Below, piece after piece: positions 1 to 13,402 of a stretch of DNA of 64,000 nucleotides. The notes below the pieces were generated by a model. That model made no database searches. It saw only the letters and a program-made list of their open reading frames with translations, and was not told where the DNA came from. The translations under genes and the position numbers were made by a program. This DNA comes from Camelus ferus (taxonomy: Eukaryota): positions 78,246,001 through 78,310,000 of the forward strand of contig NC_045696.1 of assembly GCF_009834535.1 (NCBI RefSeq), read 5' to 3'. The number at the start of each line of letters is the position of its first letter. Position 1 is the first letter of the stretch.

Positions 1-310
1 TATATAACATACACGGAAGCAGAAAAAGAATTATATATCAGCCACCAACCTCTGGTAACCATCACCCAGCTCCACTGACTAGCAACTGAACTACATTCAT
101 ATTCCCATCAATTCTCACTCTTATTACTTTGGAAAAAAATGAAAAATAACCTAAAACCAAAAAACTCAGACATAATTTATGTGTAATTATTTTAGTACAT
201 ATTTCTAAATAAGGGTCATTTTTTAAACATAACAATGATACCATTATCTACCTAAAATAACTAACATTAATTCTCTAATATTACCAAGTATCTAGGGAGT
301 GTTTAAATCA
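1..310 (-). mobile_element. Old L1 (L1MC-type) 3' fragment
   Basis: aaacataacaatgataccattatc...ctaaaa...ttctctaatatt resembles the L1MC4/5 3' UTR. Confidence 0.5.
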
Positions 311-749
311 CAGATGGTTTTAAGAAATTATATGTGATTGTACTCCAGCTGAAAGGCTGGAGAGTCAATGTATTTACTTCACCAAAACATTTTCAGTAAC
401 AAAGACTGAGATTATTGAGTAGAAAGAGAAAATAATAACAGCGTTACCCAGAATGCCAGAATTTTCTAACTTTAATGGACAGTAATGGATAGGATTTAAT
501 AGATTCTGAAAAATCTGGCTTTGGGAGTATTTTTGTTAAATAAAGAAAATTTGGCCTAAAATATCTTACGTATCACCATATTTGCTCTTGTATTTTAATA
601 GCTTTGATTAGCATGTTAGAATGTTGTAACTTTGAAAGATGTTAGTCAAAAGTTAAACACAATTTAGCATTTATTCTAAAAATAACTGGCTACATCTATT
701 TCATCTTGGTTTTTGCTGTACTTTCTATAAATATAATTTTTGGTAAAAT

Positions 750-1065
750 TAATTCATTAACTTAATAAATGGTTATTGAACATCTACAATGTGCTGCCAA
801 ATATGTGTCAAGACATAGGAGACAGAGCAATGAAAAGAACAGCAGAAATCTCTGCTCTTGTGGAACATCTTGTGGGATAAGAAAAATAAAATGAAAATTT
901 TAGTGTATGTTATATATAGTTAAAATATATAATATAAACATATATAATATGTGAGATGGTGCATAAAGGGGAAAAAACCCTGAAAGAGATAGGAAGTGGG
1001 GCTGCACCTGGGGGAAGGGGGACGGCTTACAGTTTTAAATAGGTGGTCAAAGAAGTCTTAACTGA
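750..1065 (-). mobile_element. L2 LINE 3' fragment
   Basis: attcatt...tattgaacatctacaatgtg...tctctgctcttgtggaac is the typical reverse L2 tail. Confidence 0.6.
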
Positions 1066-1349
1066 GGTTTTCCTCTTATAAATATCATTCCTTCCAATCA
1101 CTGTCTTACATGAGGAAGAGGTCTACTAATAATGAGTACTCAGTTGCACGTAACCACTGGTTTCCATTCAATTCTCCCCTTGAGTAGCAGTGACTATAAA
1201 CTGAAATTTAGCTGTAGGTCAAGCAAGCCATCTAGGATTTATCTGAAATAAAACTGCAGAACTGACTTCAAGAATATCCTTCACAATGCTTCAGAATAAA
1301 TAAAAATATAATTCATGCCACTAACAAGGTTAAAAAAATAGCACCAGAA

Positions 1350-1600
1350 CATATTCACTTCAACTCCGACAAGCAAGTGTACTGGGACAGAGAACCAAGG
1401 GAGAAGCCTCTGGTCTGATGCCGCAGGTAACTGTGGTAGCCCTTCTTTAGAGCTAGTCAATCACACTGTCTGTACGCCTACCTTCAACGTGACTTAAGAC
1501 TGATGATCTACAAGAGAACTACAGAGCTGCTCAGTATTCCCATGACTGATCTCAAAGCTGTAGGATCACCACTCTTGCAATCACGTCTTTGCTACAGAAC
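1350..1600 (-). pseudogene. Fossil coding segment, start of AAA4
   Basis: KEGLPQL...RLLPWFSVPVHLLVGVEVN (cf. 'F.EA..H..RI.R.L..P.GHALLVGVGGSG'). Confidence 0.4.
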
Positions 1601-2364
1601 CAAATCACCCCTTTTTAAGGCAGTTCTAATAACAAACACGATAAAAATTGATCCTGTTTAACTATTTCAAATATAAAACAAAACTGATTTTTGCTGTAGG
1701 AAAAAAATTACAGACCCAGTAATGTCTCATTAATAACTGAGGACTGAAGGCATTTTGCTATTAAATTTATAAGTTTGACCTCAAAAATCTTAAACAATAT
1801 TAAAAAAAAAATCACTGTGTGCCAAGGAAACTGTCAAAAGGTCAGCCGTCTCAACACAGCTGATAGGAGTATGAATGAGCACACTTGTGGAAAACAATTT
1901 AAGAAAATGTATCAAAGGTCTTAAAATGTCTATCTATAACCAACTGTTTACAATTTAGTCCAAGGAATTAAAAGACAATGGAATAAAATTGTCATTGCAA
2001 GTATTTATAAAGCAGTAGGATGGTTCTTTAAAAAAAAAAAAAGCATCTCTATTTACCTTTTCAGTTTTCAATAACTGACCTATAGTAAAATTAAAATCAG
2101 TAGCAAGAAAGGCAATTGGGGACCTTTTAAACATTTATGTCACAATAAGCTTTCTAGTAGTGCTATTTGTCCAAGACACAGAGGCCACCCTCCTTTTTAA
2201 GGAGGATAGTCAATAATACCAAATCCAAAGAAGGAATAGAGTTTTTATGAAAGGTCTTTAGTATGATCATTTCTGTTTCAGACATTCCTAGACAATTTGA
2301 CACGGCCTCAAATGTTGATATTCAATTATGTGCTGTCTAGTCTAATAAAATTAACTATAAAAAT

Positions 2365-2560
2365 AAAAACAGCTAGCATTTATTGAGAACTTACTCTACA
2401 CAATATGCCTTTAGTCTCATTAAAACCATTTGAAATTTGTTCTTTCCTCATTTTCAGATGAGGAAACCAAGACTTTGAAAGGTTGGTTACTTGCCTAAGG
2501 TCACATTTAATAAATGGCAGGATAAGGATGCAAATTCAAGATACAAGATCTCCCACTTCC
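2365..2560 (-). mobile_element. MIR SINE
   Basis: Core cattttcagatgaggaaacc...acttgcctaaggtcaca. Confidence 0.75.
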
Positions 2561-4493
2561 TAACCCCATGTTTCACTGTCATCCTTGGTGTAAAGTCTCT
2601 TGATCTCGTTCAGTACTCTTGAATGGTAGTTGAAGTTAATTCTCCATGGAAAACTCTACAGCCTATTTTGATGTAATGGCTTTTACATTCTGGCCATATT
2701 TTCTGAATCATAAAACTTGCCTACATGATCTCACAAGTTCAACTATTTCTACAGGGACAAAGATACAGAATATATGAAGTGGAAATAGTCTTGGAAAGAC
2801 AGACATACAACTACTGCACCATATAGTTGAAAATATAACAGCTGATATGAAAAATAGAAAAAGTTATTCCTGAAACATTAAGTGAAGATAAGATTCAATA
2901 AGTCACCTGGGACCTAAATAGTTATTTCATCTCTTCTCATATTTTGCACTGTTTAAACTTTCCTATCCTTTTTCTGTATCACCTTTTTGGTTCTGTTCTC
3001 TCATTTTTCTCTCAACTATTTTATGTATCTCTTTTCCTTCAAATAGATGCCTTAACCAATCTTGTATCAGGCACTGGTGGCTGTGTACATTTGACCTGAT
3101 AACATTCTGTAGTCAGTGAATACAACCAATTAATTAGTCCACGTACATACACACAAACCAAACCTGACAAGGCTGTTGTGCATGAGATATAGTTTAAATA
3201 GTGCATCATTCAGGAGCATTATACATGTGTTAATCTCCCCAGGAGGTATGTAAACTAAAAATAGAGTTGAAAAAATGATTTACATTGAAGTAAGTCAGAC
3301 TTACTCTGTCTCATTAGTCTGGGGTATTGATTGGGAATTTTAGGAGACACTTGCACTCACTTAAAACATGGGGGGTTGTATGTTTGTGTATTTGTCCCTT
3401 TAGCACACTAAATGGCACCCCAGTGACCAAGAATTCTTGTTCCTAGCACTATTGTGACATCAGGAGAATCCAGCTAAGTCCTCAGCATGTCATGTTTCAG
3501 ATTTTAGACACATCTTTGAGCCACTGATAGAGCACCTTCTTTGATGCCCTTTGTTTAGTGACACTGACATTGTGTATCTTCTTAACAAAGTCTAGAGCAA
3601 TGGTTCAACAAAAACCACAAACTCCTAACAAGGTAGCAGAGCTACTGCAAGAACTGTCCAACCATATGCAAAGAAAATATTATACTATTAGTAAATGAAT
3701 CTTCATTTTTCAAATGAGTATAAGTGTTATTTGGATTAACAAATACATACTTACTTTACAGCAATATTAATTCATAGTAGCATTTTATCAAGCACTTTTT
3801 GAGTCAACAGTTCTTAAATACAGGTCTGTAATAAAATGGCTTATACTAAAAAGTGTCTTCAAATTTGAAATGTTTGAGATTCACTGTACTATAGCATAAT
3901 TTTCTTTGAGGAAGGTGGGGACTCACTTTAAACACCTTAGACAAAATGAATGTGCTACACTTTAATAATTATAATAGGATTATCAATTTTAAAAAGCCAG
4001 CCACTTTACTTCATCAATGAACTAGAACAACACTAGAAGATTAGGAAGACTTATCAGTTCAAGACACTTTAGGACAAGTCCAGTGGTTATAAAATTAATT
4101 TTTAATGATTTCTGCACCATCTGGGAGATTCTCATTATGTGTAAGAGCCAACCTAATACTGTTTTAAATTCTCCATTTCACCTAATCATTACATAGGTCT
4201 AGTAATTTTATGTTCAATTTCTAATGAAAATTTAACATTTGAGTAGAATTATATAAAATAGTTAAGATAGTATTTATAGATTATAGACTTTCTTAATAAA
4301 ATTTTTGGATGGCTATCCTCTCCTCCAAATAATTAAAACATACGTGGCATATGGCAACTTTAGTCAACACAAATTTGCTAGCAGTTTTCATGTTTGATCT
4401 ATTTTAGAGAGGCCCATGCTTCCAGTGAAGTTTGGCATCTAAGATAATAAGTACATACTTTCCTAACAGCATGCTGATTGCAAATTTTCTGTA

Positions 4494-4510
4494 TCCACTA
4501 GATGGACACT
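4494..4510 (+). promoter_or_regulatory. Candidate CTCF site
   Basis: TCCACTAGATGGACACT is close to the CTCF core CCAC(C/T)AG(A/G)(G/T)GGC. Confidence 0.4.
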
Positions 4511-4599
4511 CATTGTGCTAAAAGAGAAGAAGACCTATGTTTACAAGCCAAGGAATCATACTGTATCTCCAGGACTATTCTCAAGTTTTCATACTTTCA

Positions 4600-5130
4600 G
4601 TCCAAATATCAGAGTTACATCTCTTTGATGCTAAATTTTTCACTTCATTACTAGGTAGATACAATAACAAGAACTGATTAAACTTCGAATCTGCCATTAG
4701 TCACAGAGAATCCCTGAGACACCTTCCAAGTTTAGCAAAGGTAACACTTGGTAGGAAGATTCTCCTAGGCTCTTAAAACCTTCACAAGTGTTTTTATTGT
4801 AAGATATCCTACTACTGTCCTCTGTTTTGTTTTACTTCCCTTGTATTTTGAATACTGTTCATTTGAGAGTAAGTTCTAGAGGTTTTTTTTAAATGGTACC
4901 ACTCATTTCTAAAAATTCTTACATATTTCAAATAGCATCCATTCAAAACTTCCTTTTAATCATCCACTGCTTCAAGGAGTTAGAAGCGCAAGTATGAATT
5001 TACAAGGTAAAGAAAATGTCAGAACATTTCTATCAAGATCTGTCAGTACCTTTCTTTCAGAGCCTTTCTTTCTCCACCTCAAACAGCAATCAATAACCTA
5101 TTTTTAGCAAATTAAGCCCTGAATGTGGAA
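4600..5130 (-). pseudogene. Fossil coding segment, AAA3
   Basis: Frameshifted pieces in the expected order: LLFEVEK/GSERKVL (P-loop position), TCASNSLKQWMIKRK, WMLFE, SGTI*KKPLEL (cf. 'YG.QPPIELLRQ'), FNQFLLLYLPS. Confidence 0.4.
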
Positions 5131-5619
5131 TGTTGCATAGGTTATTAAAATTTTAAATTCAAAGAGAAGTGTAGAAAGCTGTGGCATTTCTATATACTAA
5201 TAAACTATCAGAAAGGGAAATTAAGAAAAGAATTCCATGCTTTTTCTACATCTATTAAGATGATCATATGATCATACTAGGCATAAGAAGTGAGAATAAA
5301 ATTATAAATCTTCTTACCATCATTTAACAAGAAGGGAGAGTCATTATAAGACAGCTAGACTTGGAAAATCAAGTGACTGATGTCAGAGGTGAGTAAGAAT
5401 CCTGACTGGACATTACTACTGAGAAAATCTGAAGATTGTTGGCGAGGAAATCCCACCCCAACTTGGAAGTGATGTCCAGAATCATAGGCTGATGTAAGAC
5501 TGCCTTTTTCATCCTGACTGATTGATTTTTGGTGAGGTGGAATTGCTCCTTGGTTAGTCTAAACACTGTTCCTGGAGGATATTGTTAATAAATGCTTGTT
5601 TGGAGAATGGATCCTTAAG

Positions 5620-5924
5620 TTTCAGCCGTTACAGATGGCTACACTTCAGAATTTCCACTTGCTCTCTGGAGTGCAGTGACTACAGAAGCTACAGGGATGA
5701 ACTGTGGTTGAATCTCAAAGTACATTCCATTCTCTGCTGCATATGCTTCCTGACTTTGATTCATCTCTCTATTCTTTTGTTACTCTCTGATACATGGAAA
5801 CTTACATAACTAAATTCAGATTCATCTTTCAATTCACTCTACATTATTGATAAAGTAATTTTTCTCTGGTTCAGGTAACAGGGTTTTTAACACTTGTCAT
5901 TTTCTGAATGTGCTCTTGAAGCAC
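5620..5924 (-). pseudogene. Fossil exon(s) preceding AAA3
   Basis: After a 72-nt intron: VLQEHIQKMTSVK/LLPEPEKNYF. Later YFEIQPQFIPVASVVTAL (cf. 'F..I.VPT.DT'). Confidence 0.4.
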
Positions 5925-5996
5925 CTAACCGTTTCTGTGCTTTTTGTCTCTATGACCTTTACAAAGACTGCCGCCAGCTGCCTTGAAAGAGCTTAC

Positions 5997-6199
5997 CATA
6001 TGTTGATAACTGTCTTCTGACACCTGCTCTCACAATCCTTGTTTCAAACATAAACATGTGTCAAAAATGATTTGAACTGTACAGCCTTGGTCCTCAATCA
6101 TTCCTGGTAGCAGGGGTGGTTCTGGTAAGAAATCATTCATTTGAACTGGGATTACCCATAGCTCATGTGTCATTTTGTAATTTTTTAATATCAGTGAAT
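5997..6199 (-). pseudogene. Fossil exon between AAA2 and AAA3
   Basis: AG acceptor and atg|GTAAGC donor. 67 codons with a single stop: SLILKNYKMTHELWVIPVQMNDFLPEPPLLPGMIEDQGCTVQIIFDTCLCLKQGL*EQVSEDSYQHM. Confidence 0.5.
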
Positions 6200-8219
6200 C
6201 TGATCATAAATAGTTAACAAAAGTATATCCCTCTGTAAACTCTTTGTAGATTCACTCAGTTTTTTACTCTACAGGGAGTCTAACAACAGGCATTAACATT
6301 TTTAAAGTAAGATTACAAGGCTCAGTGGTATACTAAATTGATATTTTCATTCTCGGTGATTTATATTAAGATTTCAGCAAGGGAATCCTGGTGACAAAAA
6401 TAGCGTTAGGTCATTCAGTACCTATTGCACTTGAGTCTGCTCAGCCAGCACAGGGCCCAATGGTTAAGTGAATTACCTGTGTTCTCAGTAGCAGCCCCAG
6501 AGAGGGTTCAAACTCAGTTCTGACATCAGAGTCACCTGATTTTCCAAGTCTCCTAACTGCCTTATAAAGACTCTTTTCTTGTTAAAAGCTGGTTAGAAGA
6601 TTTATAATTTTATTCTCACTTCTCGTTCCTAATATGTACTGTTAATATATATTTTTACTGTTGAACAAGAATCTTTGAATCAATAAATGATTAGCTGTAG
6701 TACTTTTTCACACTATGTATTATTAAATTATTAAATCATAAAGTAACAACAGGTCACAGCTGGCTGGCCCTGTCCCTTGACTGACTACACCAGCTTCTCC
6801 AGTAATATCGCCTACACAACTGTCTTTCTAACTACTGCTCCATCTCCCATTGCCCTCTAGGCAAAGGGCAGTGAAGGCTTCCTTGTTGCCAGTTTATGGA
6901 CACTGTCCTTAAACCTGCCTCCATCTTTGCCCCATCTGAGTATGTCCAGTTTCCTGATCAATATAGTTAAAAATAAGTAACATTCTGGACTTAGGAAAAT
7001 GAACGTGACTAGCATCATCACTTGATTTCTTAATCTGTTTGTGGACTAGAAACTACACTGTTGAAGGCTGCTTTCTTTTTCCTTTTCCCCAAGTTGAACT
7101 GTTTCCCTCACAGCAAATCTCTACCCTACCCACAACAGCAATGCCGTCTTCACAACACAGCTCCACAATCTGACTTGTTGATTTCTGTGTCTTTACTAAG
7201 TCCTCCAGATTCGGACCAGTTCAGGGTGGAGAGACCTGAGGTGAATTCCCGGGGTGGCCCTTGTTCCTGGGTACACGGGAACCTTCATGCTACTGTAACA
7301 GTCAGAGAACTGCGACTCAAGTGACAGCTGAGTTGTTGAGACAGCAGCTCAGAGGAACTCAGCAGGACTGAGGATTGTGAGAACATCTGGCTCACTCATT
7401 AGCCAAAAAGGATTGTTTAAAAATGATGTCATTTTCCAACTTACTGATTTGGATAAATTTGATTGTAGTTGTTTAATATAAGTGATCTTATTCTAGAGTT
7501 GTTTGCTTTAAACTGCTAAAAAGCTTGAGGAACAAACTTCAAAAACAAACTGTTTACTTTTGCTTTATTACTCTGCTATCTCCTTTCCCTAAACTCTCAC
7601 CTGCTGACTTGTGTCTCAATGCTGTACATTTATACTGCTTCAGCAAACAAAGACCATATCCTGCTTCATTTTACAAAAATATAGGTAGAATAAAATCATA
7701 ATATAGAAATAAATTTTTAATCACAATGTAAAAAAAAGTACTTTAATAAATAAAGTGAGTTTCCTAGGTTTAAAAAAATGCGACAGTTACATAGATTTTA
7801 CCAAATGGATTGGTTAAGATTAATCCTGTGGAATCAAATTTAAAAAAAAGAAACAAAAATAAAACTAACCCCATTGCAGCTACAGAGAAATGGTTCAATA
7901 GCATTCTTTTGCCCTAAATAATAAAAATGCATTTATAGGTCTATGATAGTAGTAATTCCTAGCCACCACTTTGGGAGAAATAGCTGGTCATTTTAGATGT
8001 CACTCACAATTGGAAAAAAAAACACAGACACACAGCCAAACTTCCTGCCCTCCAAAGAGGATGGAGAGACACTGATAACAATCATTATTACAAGTTAAGT
8101 GGTGTCACAAGCCCAAGTTCAAATTTATCTTCCCAGCATCTAGCTAAGAACTAGCTGAGCAAACAATCTCCAGAAATAAGATTACCATAGAATGAACAAA
8201 ACATCAAGGCCTATGACCT

Positions 8220-8419
8220 TGAGTTTCTGTCTCTATCAATAATCCTGTCAGGATTGCAAAAGTACATTTTGTAACCAAAACATGATTCTCTGGTTTTTCT
8301 TCAAGATGAAGTTGTTAATTCTATTACCTCATCCAAAAGTTAGGCTGAATCAGAAAAGATTCAAAGCCTAGATGATGTCGATCCTCTCTTCAAAGTTAAC
8401 GCAACCCCTTCTCTTTCTC
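8220..8419 (-). pseudogene. Fossil exon, AAA2 C-terminal part
   Basis: Follows a 79-nt intron. NFEERIDII*ALNLF and EVIELTTSS*RKTRESCFGYKMYF (cf. 'NGERI.L...M.L.FEV.DL..ASPATVSRCGMVY'). Confidence 0.5.
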
Positions 8420-8498
8420 CTAACAGTAACTGAATGTTTTTAATGTAAATCAAGAAAATAAAGATTCCTTTTCTGCCTTTTTTCTTTATTAAACTTAC

Positions 8499-8677
8499 CA
8501 AGAAACACCTGTGCCTTTCACGCACCTGTGCTCAAGTTCTTCTGTTACCGTGATGTATGAGTGCAAGTTGTGGTTCAATTCCATCTGCTGGAATCCAGTT
8601 GGAGACTTCTGTATTTACCCCAGCGCATCTATGTATCTCTTTAATGCAAACCTTTCATTAGAACAACGTAGGAATAA
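8499..8677 (-). pseudogene. Fossil exon, AAA2 Walker B
   Basis: Acceptor cctgttttAG, donor ttg|GTAAGT. YSYVVLMK/VCIKEIHRCAGVNTEVSNWIPADGIEPQL...RERHRCFL (cf. 'WIIFDG....W...N..LDDNK.L.L'). Confidence 0.6.
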
Positions 8678-9777
8678 CTAAAACAGGCAAAATTACGTGG
8701 GCACTGGCTCATGGGTTTACTCCAACATACAATTTTGTGGGTTTTTTTTTTTTTTAATATCTGTGCACAATTGGCCAGATTTAACTGAAGTACTGGTTTT
8801 CTTTCATATTTATGGGAATGAATGGAAGACAAGAGAAATCATCTAAATTTCCTGATGCTGCAAAAAGGTCTAACGTTTAGAAGCTTCTTAATTCAAATAT
8901 GGGCACTGCTAGCTCTGCCTTTTCCCTCACATTCTCTTTCCCCACACATGGAGCCGAGTAGAGTACCTACTTCCTTTTGCCACCACTATATGGAGCCCCA
9001 GAGGAAGAACACAAGGCTGTACATTTGAGGTGTTTATAAATGAGGATTTTAAACAGGAAGACATACATAACAGCAATGGACGTCTGTAACAGGCAAAAAT
9101 ACTTCTGTTTAAAATTCCAGCGCAGATTTTTTCTCGTATTTTATTTTCACTGAATAATAAAACCAGCTGATTACAATCCTGCTCATAGAACATGTTCCCT
9201 GCTGCTTAAAATTATTATTGACTTATGAAAAGACCATTAGCTTTTTCATCCGCACATGAACTAATTCCAATTTATTTAGGCCTGTCCCCTTGGTAATATT
9301 TTCTGGCATTTTAATGAATACCATTGCCCTGATCTGCTCTTTTCCTAAATGCATCATATTTGAAAATTAAAATATAAAAAAAGGAAAAAGAGATGATGAC
9401 TGCATGACTATAAAATTTCAGAAATACGTCTTTTAAAAGGATTTCTTTACAAATTCAGACAGCTTGTGGTCCACTTTGGCTCTCAGATCTTATTCTTTCA
9501 CATATATCTTGTAGCTAATATAATGTAATAGCTAGTACAATGCAGTTAATAACCACAACGCCCAAATTTTAAAGATCATTTGATCATTTTTCAATTATAT
9601 TACCTATAAGTATTAGTAATATTAAATATTAATTATTAAAAGAGCAACATAAAAACAGTTAAGCCAAAATTTTAAGAACTATCCAGAGTAAAAACATTAG
9701 TCTTTAAAACAATATCGTATGTCAGATCTAGCATCTGCCAGTTGTTCAGTATTTGACAGGTTGCTCATACTTTATAC

Positions 9778-9895
9778 CTTTTTCGGTAAGTGAAGACTAC
9801 AAAACAGAGATCATTGTACAGCATCTTGGGAAGAAGTAAATGAAATTCCATTTGCACTTCAAAAGTTTCCTTTCTTTTTTTTTCCTCACAGATAT
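9778..9895 (-). pseudogene. Fossil exon (118 nt, still fully open), AAA2 'NPK' region
   Basis: taaAG acceptor and aag|GTATAA donor. ICEEKKRKETFEVQMEFHLLLPKMLYNDLCFVVFTYRK (cf. 'V...LNPK......LYG'). Confidence 0.55.
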
Positions 9896-10916
9896 CTTTA
9901 TAATTAAAATAATTGGAGGGAAGAGGAGTTCAAGATATTGATCCCTGAATATCTCGTTTACAGCCAATGAGCTTCCATCTCTCTCTTGAAAAAAGAGAGA
10001 TGAATGTTTGATTAATGTATTTTTTTAAACCTACTGGAATTTAACACAGCCCAAAGTCTACTATTGACATATGAAATCATCAAGGAAAAAATACATAACA
10101 AACTATTTCTTTTTCCCAATCTGCCTAGAGGTTAATAAAAGATACTTGAAGAAAAAGTAAATAAATACAGAAACAGGTAAAAGAGCTTTGGAAAGCTTTG
10201 CCTTCACACAGGTAGTGTTATTTTATTTAAAGGTTAATACCAATAATTATTTCTTGGCCCAAGCATTTTGATACACTACCAGAAAAGACCCATTTTAGAG
10301 CAAAGCCACTGACAACTCCAAATTCACTATGAGGATTATTAAGATTCAACATATTCTTTCTTAATCAAGATAGGTAGATCGGAGAAAAGCAAAACTGAAC
10401 CCACTAACCTATTCACTTCTTTTCCTTATAGTGAGAGGCAGGGTTGGGCTTAGCCTGAGGAAAACAGCACAGGTGCTAATGTTAAGGATACTTTCAGAAG
10501 GGGATTCTCTAGCTGCAGGAGATAAAACAGTTTAAGACTAATAGTTCAGGTCAATTCAGGAAGCCTTTCCTTAGACCTCACATGCTGTAATTCCCCATCC
10601 TCTCTGAAAACCAACATTACTAGCCGTTTTTCAGAGGTGCCTACTCCCCCAGTGTTTTGGCATCTATATGTGCTTTTTCTCTTTTCTGAAGGCTCCGTCT
10701 CCCTCCTCTGCATGTTGCCTCAGTGTTGCAAGTTAATCATTCCTATCTCATCAGTTCAAACAACTTCCTCTGGGAACACTTCCCTATTCACCAGATTAGG
10801 TCAACACTCCCAATTATGAGGTCTTACGGAGGCAGGGATATCTACTTATCATTGTGATTCTATTTACTTTTCACGGTTATTTGATGAATAAATCAATCAA
10901 CAGAAGAACAGTTAAC

Positions 10917-11135
10917 TCAGTCAAGAAGTACTACAGTCAGCTGACAAGTATTTGTGATGGCTCTGTCCCTAAACTTGGAAAACCCTGAGTTGACATATTC
11001 TGCATAACCATTTTCCTTCTTCTTCAAACTAGTGATGGTTAGAAAGTGTTTATTCAAATTAACCAAACCACTCATTTGAGAGGTATTTTTCTTACAATAG
11101 AACTTCATCAATTTGGCATTTGAAAAGGAGATCAT
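10917..11135 (-). pseudogene. Fossil exon, AAA2 Walker A region
   Basis: QIDEVLL*EKYLSNEWF, then RRRKMVM...GFPSLGTEPSQILV (cf. 'I......L.....W..K...RHG.M.VG...GKT...L'). Confidence 0.4.
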
Positions 11136-12129
11136 TTGTTCTACTTAAATCAAGTATGTCTGGAATACTAACACTTTCAACAATCTGTCTTCAGAGACTG
11201 TAATTAATTGCATGCATTTAATTATGGCACATACAGTCATCTCAGTATTGGGTTTGGATAGTATTCTACAAACACTATTGACTAGTTTTGACAAAAATGT
11301 TGGCCTCAAGGCAAGATCTCATGGCCTAAGGTTTAGAATGTTGTCAAAAAATACAGGCAGCTGTTAAGTTCAGTGGAGGACAACTTAGTGTCCTCAAAGG
11401 ATAACATAGTGCCTCCATTAAGAATGGAAAAGTCCCCTTTAAGGTGAAGTCACTGATGATTTGGATTTAGCAGCCATGATCTGGATTCCCTTTCTTGTAT
11501 TCAGTATAAAACAGGAATCTTGGTGACCTTGACATCGGAATGCATGGAGTCAGGGATTTGTTACACAACCACCTAAGGCTCTCACCGCCTGAATCCAGCA
11601 GACAGCCTAATTAAACAGCAAGAGTTCCTGGAGGGGAATGTTAATGAGTCTACTTGGCAGCCAACAGTCTGTTCCCCAGATGGTGCAGGGGTTATAAATT
11701 GTCAATAGGGTAAGAGTAGTGAAGGAAGTCAGGGAAAACACAGAAAGACTCCTGCATTACTGGAACTTTCTGAGATACTAGCCCCACCATGAAAATATTT
11801 GGAGATTCAGCAGCAGGGCCTTAGGTAGAAGTGCTAGCATATTCTGTTTACTCTGAGTTGGAGGAGTACATCTAGAGTTTCTCCAGCTTTTTAAATAGAC
11901 ACCATTCTATTAAATTGAATGTTGGAATGGTTATTTCAAGCACTTTTATCACATTGATAGTGACTGTAAAAAAAAAAAAAAAACGACAAAATCGTTACAG
12001 CCCTACTAGGTTTGTAGTTTGTATTTATTCTTTTCTTTTTTTTTTAATTTTTCCTAATAGATGGAATCTGGAACATAAGAGATCTTGCCTAATTAGGTCA
12101 TTTTTGAATGAGTAATATTTTGGTAAGAA

Positions 12130-12354
12130 ACAATATCCCATAACCTTAAAGTCATGGCCTCACTATTCCAAAGTAGCCAATGTCAAAGCAACCTCTATTA
12201 GCTACAATTAGGAATAAAAACATCTCATCTCTTTTTGTCAGATTTTCTCTGTAATCATTTAGCTTGTACTTAATTAAGCTTTGGAGCCAAGAGGGTACAT
12301 GAAAGCTTCAGTTTAACCTTCACTGCATTCCAAAAGTCAATTTCAAGAACCATC
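12130..12354 (-). pseudogene. Fossil exon fragment, AAA1 C-terminal part, abutting an LTR insertion
   Basis: VLEIDF / CSEG*TEA / LLAPKLN (cf. 'I.EI.L.SEGF..A..LA.K'), then CFDIG (cf. 'HYDFG'). Confidence 0.45.
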
Positions 12355-12840
12355 TATAGTGGACAGACTCTAGAGTGACCCCAATAATTTTCACCTGAGT
12401 GTTGATATCTTTGTTCAATCTTGTCTTCATTAGCATGTCTAGCTTCTAAATAATAGAATATAAAAGAATGTCACTTCTATGATTAGGTTATGTTATGTAA
12501 GACTCTGTCTTAACTGACTAAAGTGAGAATCTCTCCTGCTGAGCTTGGAGAAGCAAGCTGCTGTATGAACTGCCTATGGAGAGGGTCACGGGGCAGAGAA
12601 CTACTGATAACCTCTAGAAGCTCCTCAGCCTTCTTCAAACAACCACCTCTAGAGGACCACAAGCTCCAGAGAGAAGTGAGGCCTGGCCAATCTCAACTGT
12701 GGCTTTGTGAAACCCAGAGCAGCAGACTCTGCTAAGCTACTCCTGAACTCCTGACCCATGGAAACTGAGATGATATATTCGTATTGTTTTAAGCCAAGAA
12801 ATTGCAGTAGTTTCTTAAACAATGATATAAAACAAATACA
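12355..12840 (+). mobile_element. MaLR solo LTR (MLT1F/G/H-like)
   Basis: gagaagcaagctgc...tgcctatggagagggtcac; 3' end tgttttaagcc...aaataca. Confidence 0.75.
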
Positions 12841-12867
12841 TTATTGAAGAATTACCCATTTTGGCCA

Positions 12868-13312
12868 TGTAATGGTTACTTTTACGTGTCAACTTGACTG
12901 AGCCACCAGGTGCTCAGATATTTGATCAAACATTATTCTGGGTGTTTCTGTAAGGATCTTTCTGGATTAGATTAACATTTAAATAGATAGACTGAGTAAA
13001 GTAGATTGCCCTCTCTAAAATAACTGGGACTCTGCCAATTTGTTGAAGACCTAAAAAGAACAAAAAGGCTGACCTTCCCTTAGGGAAGAGAGAATTCTTC
13101 CCACCTGATAGCCTTCCAAGTTGGACGTCAGCTCTCCTTCTGCCTTTGGACTTGAACTGAAATACTAGCTTCTCCCAGGCCCTTGAGCCTGCCAGCCTTA
13201 GAACTGGAACTACATCGTTGGCTCTCTAGGGTCTCCAGCTTGCCAACTCACCCTGAGGATCTTGGGACTTGCCAGCCCCCATCATCACATGAGCCCATCA
13301 GTTCCTTCTAAT

Positions 13313-13359
<47 letters not shown>

Positions 13360-13402
13360 CACTCTATTGTTTTTGTTTCTCTGGAGAACCATGACTAATA
13401 CA
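12868..13402 (+). mobile_element. ERVL solo LTR (MLT2-type) with internal (CA)n
   Basis: TGtaatggtt...gtgtcaacttgactg start and tctctggagaaccatgactaataCA end. Near-TSD ggcca/ggaca. Confidence 0.85.
13313..13355 (+). repeat. (CA)n microsatellite
   Basis: About 20 CA units. Confidence 0.95.

Noticed and set aside
5369..5566. 65-aa minus-strand ORF
   Set aside because: No dynein or other motif; adjacent to L2/L1-like sequence.
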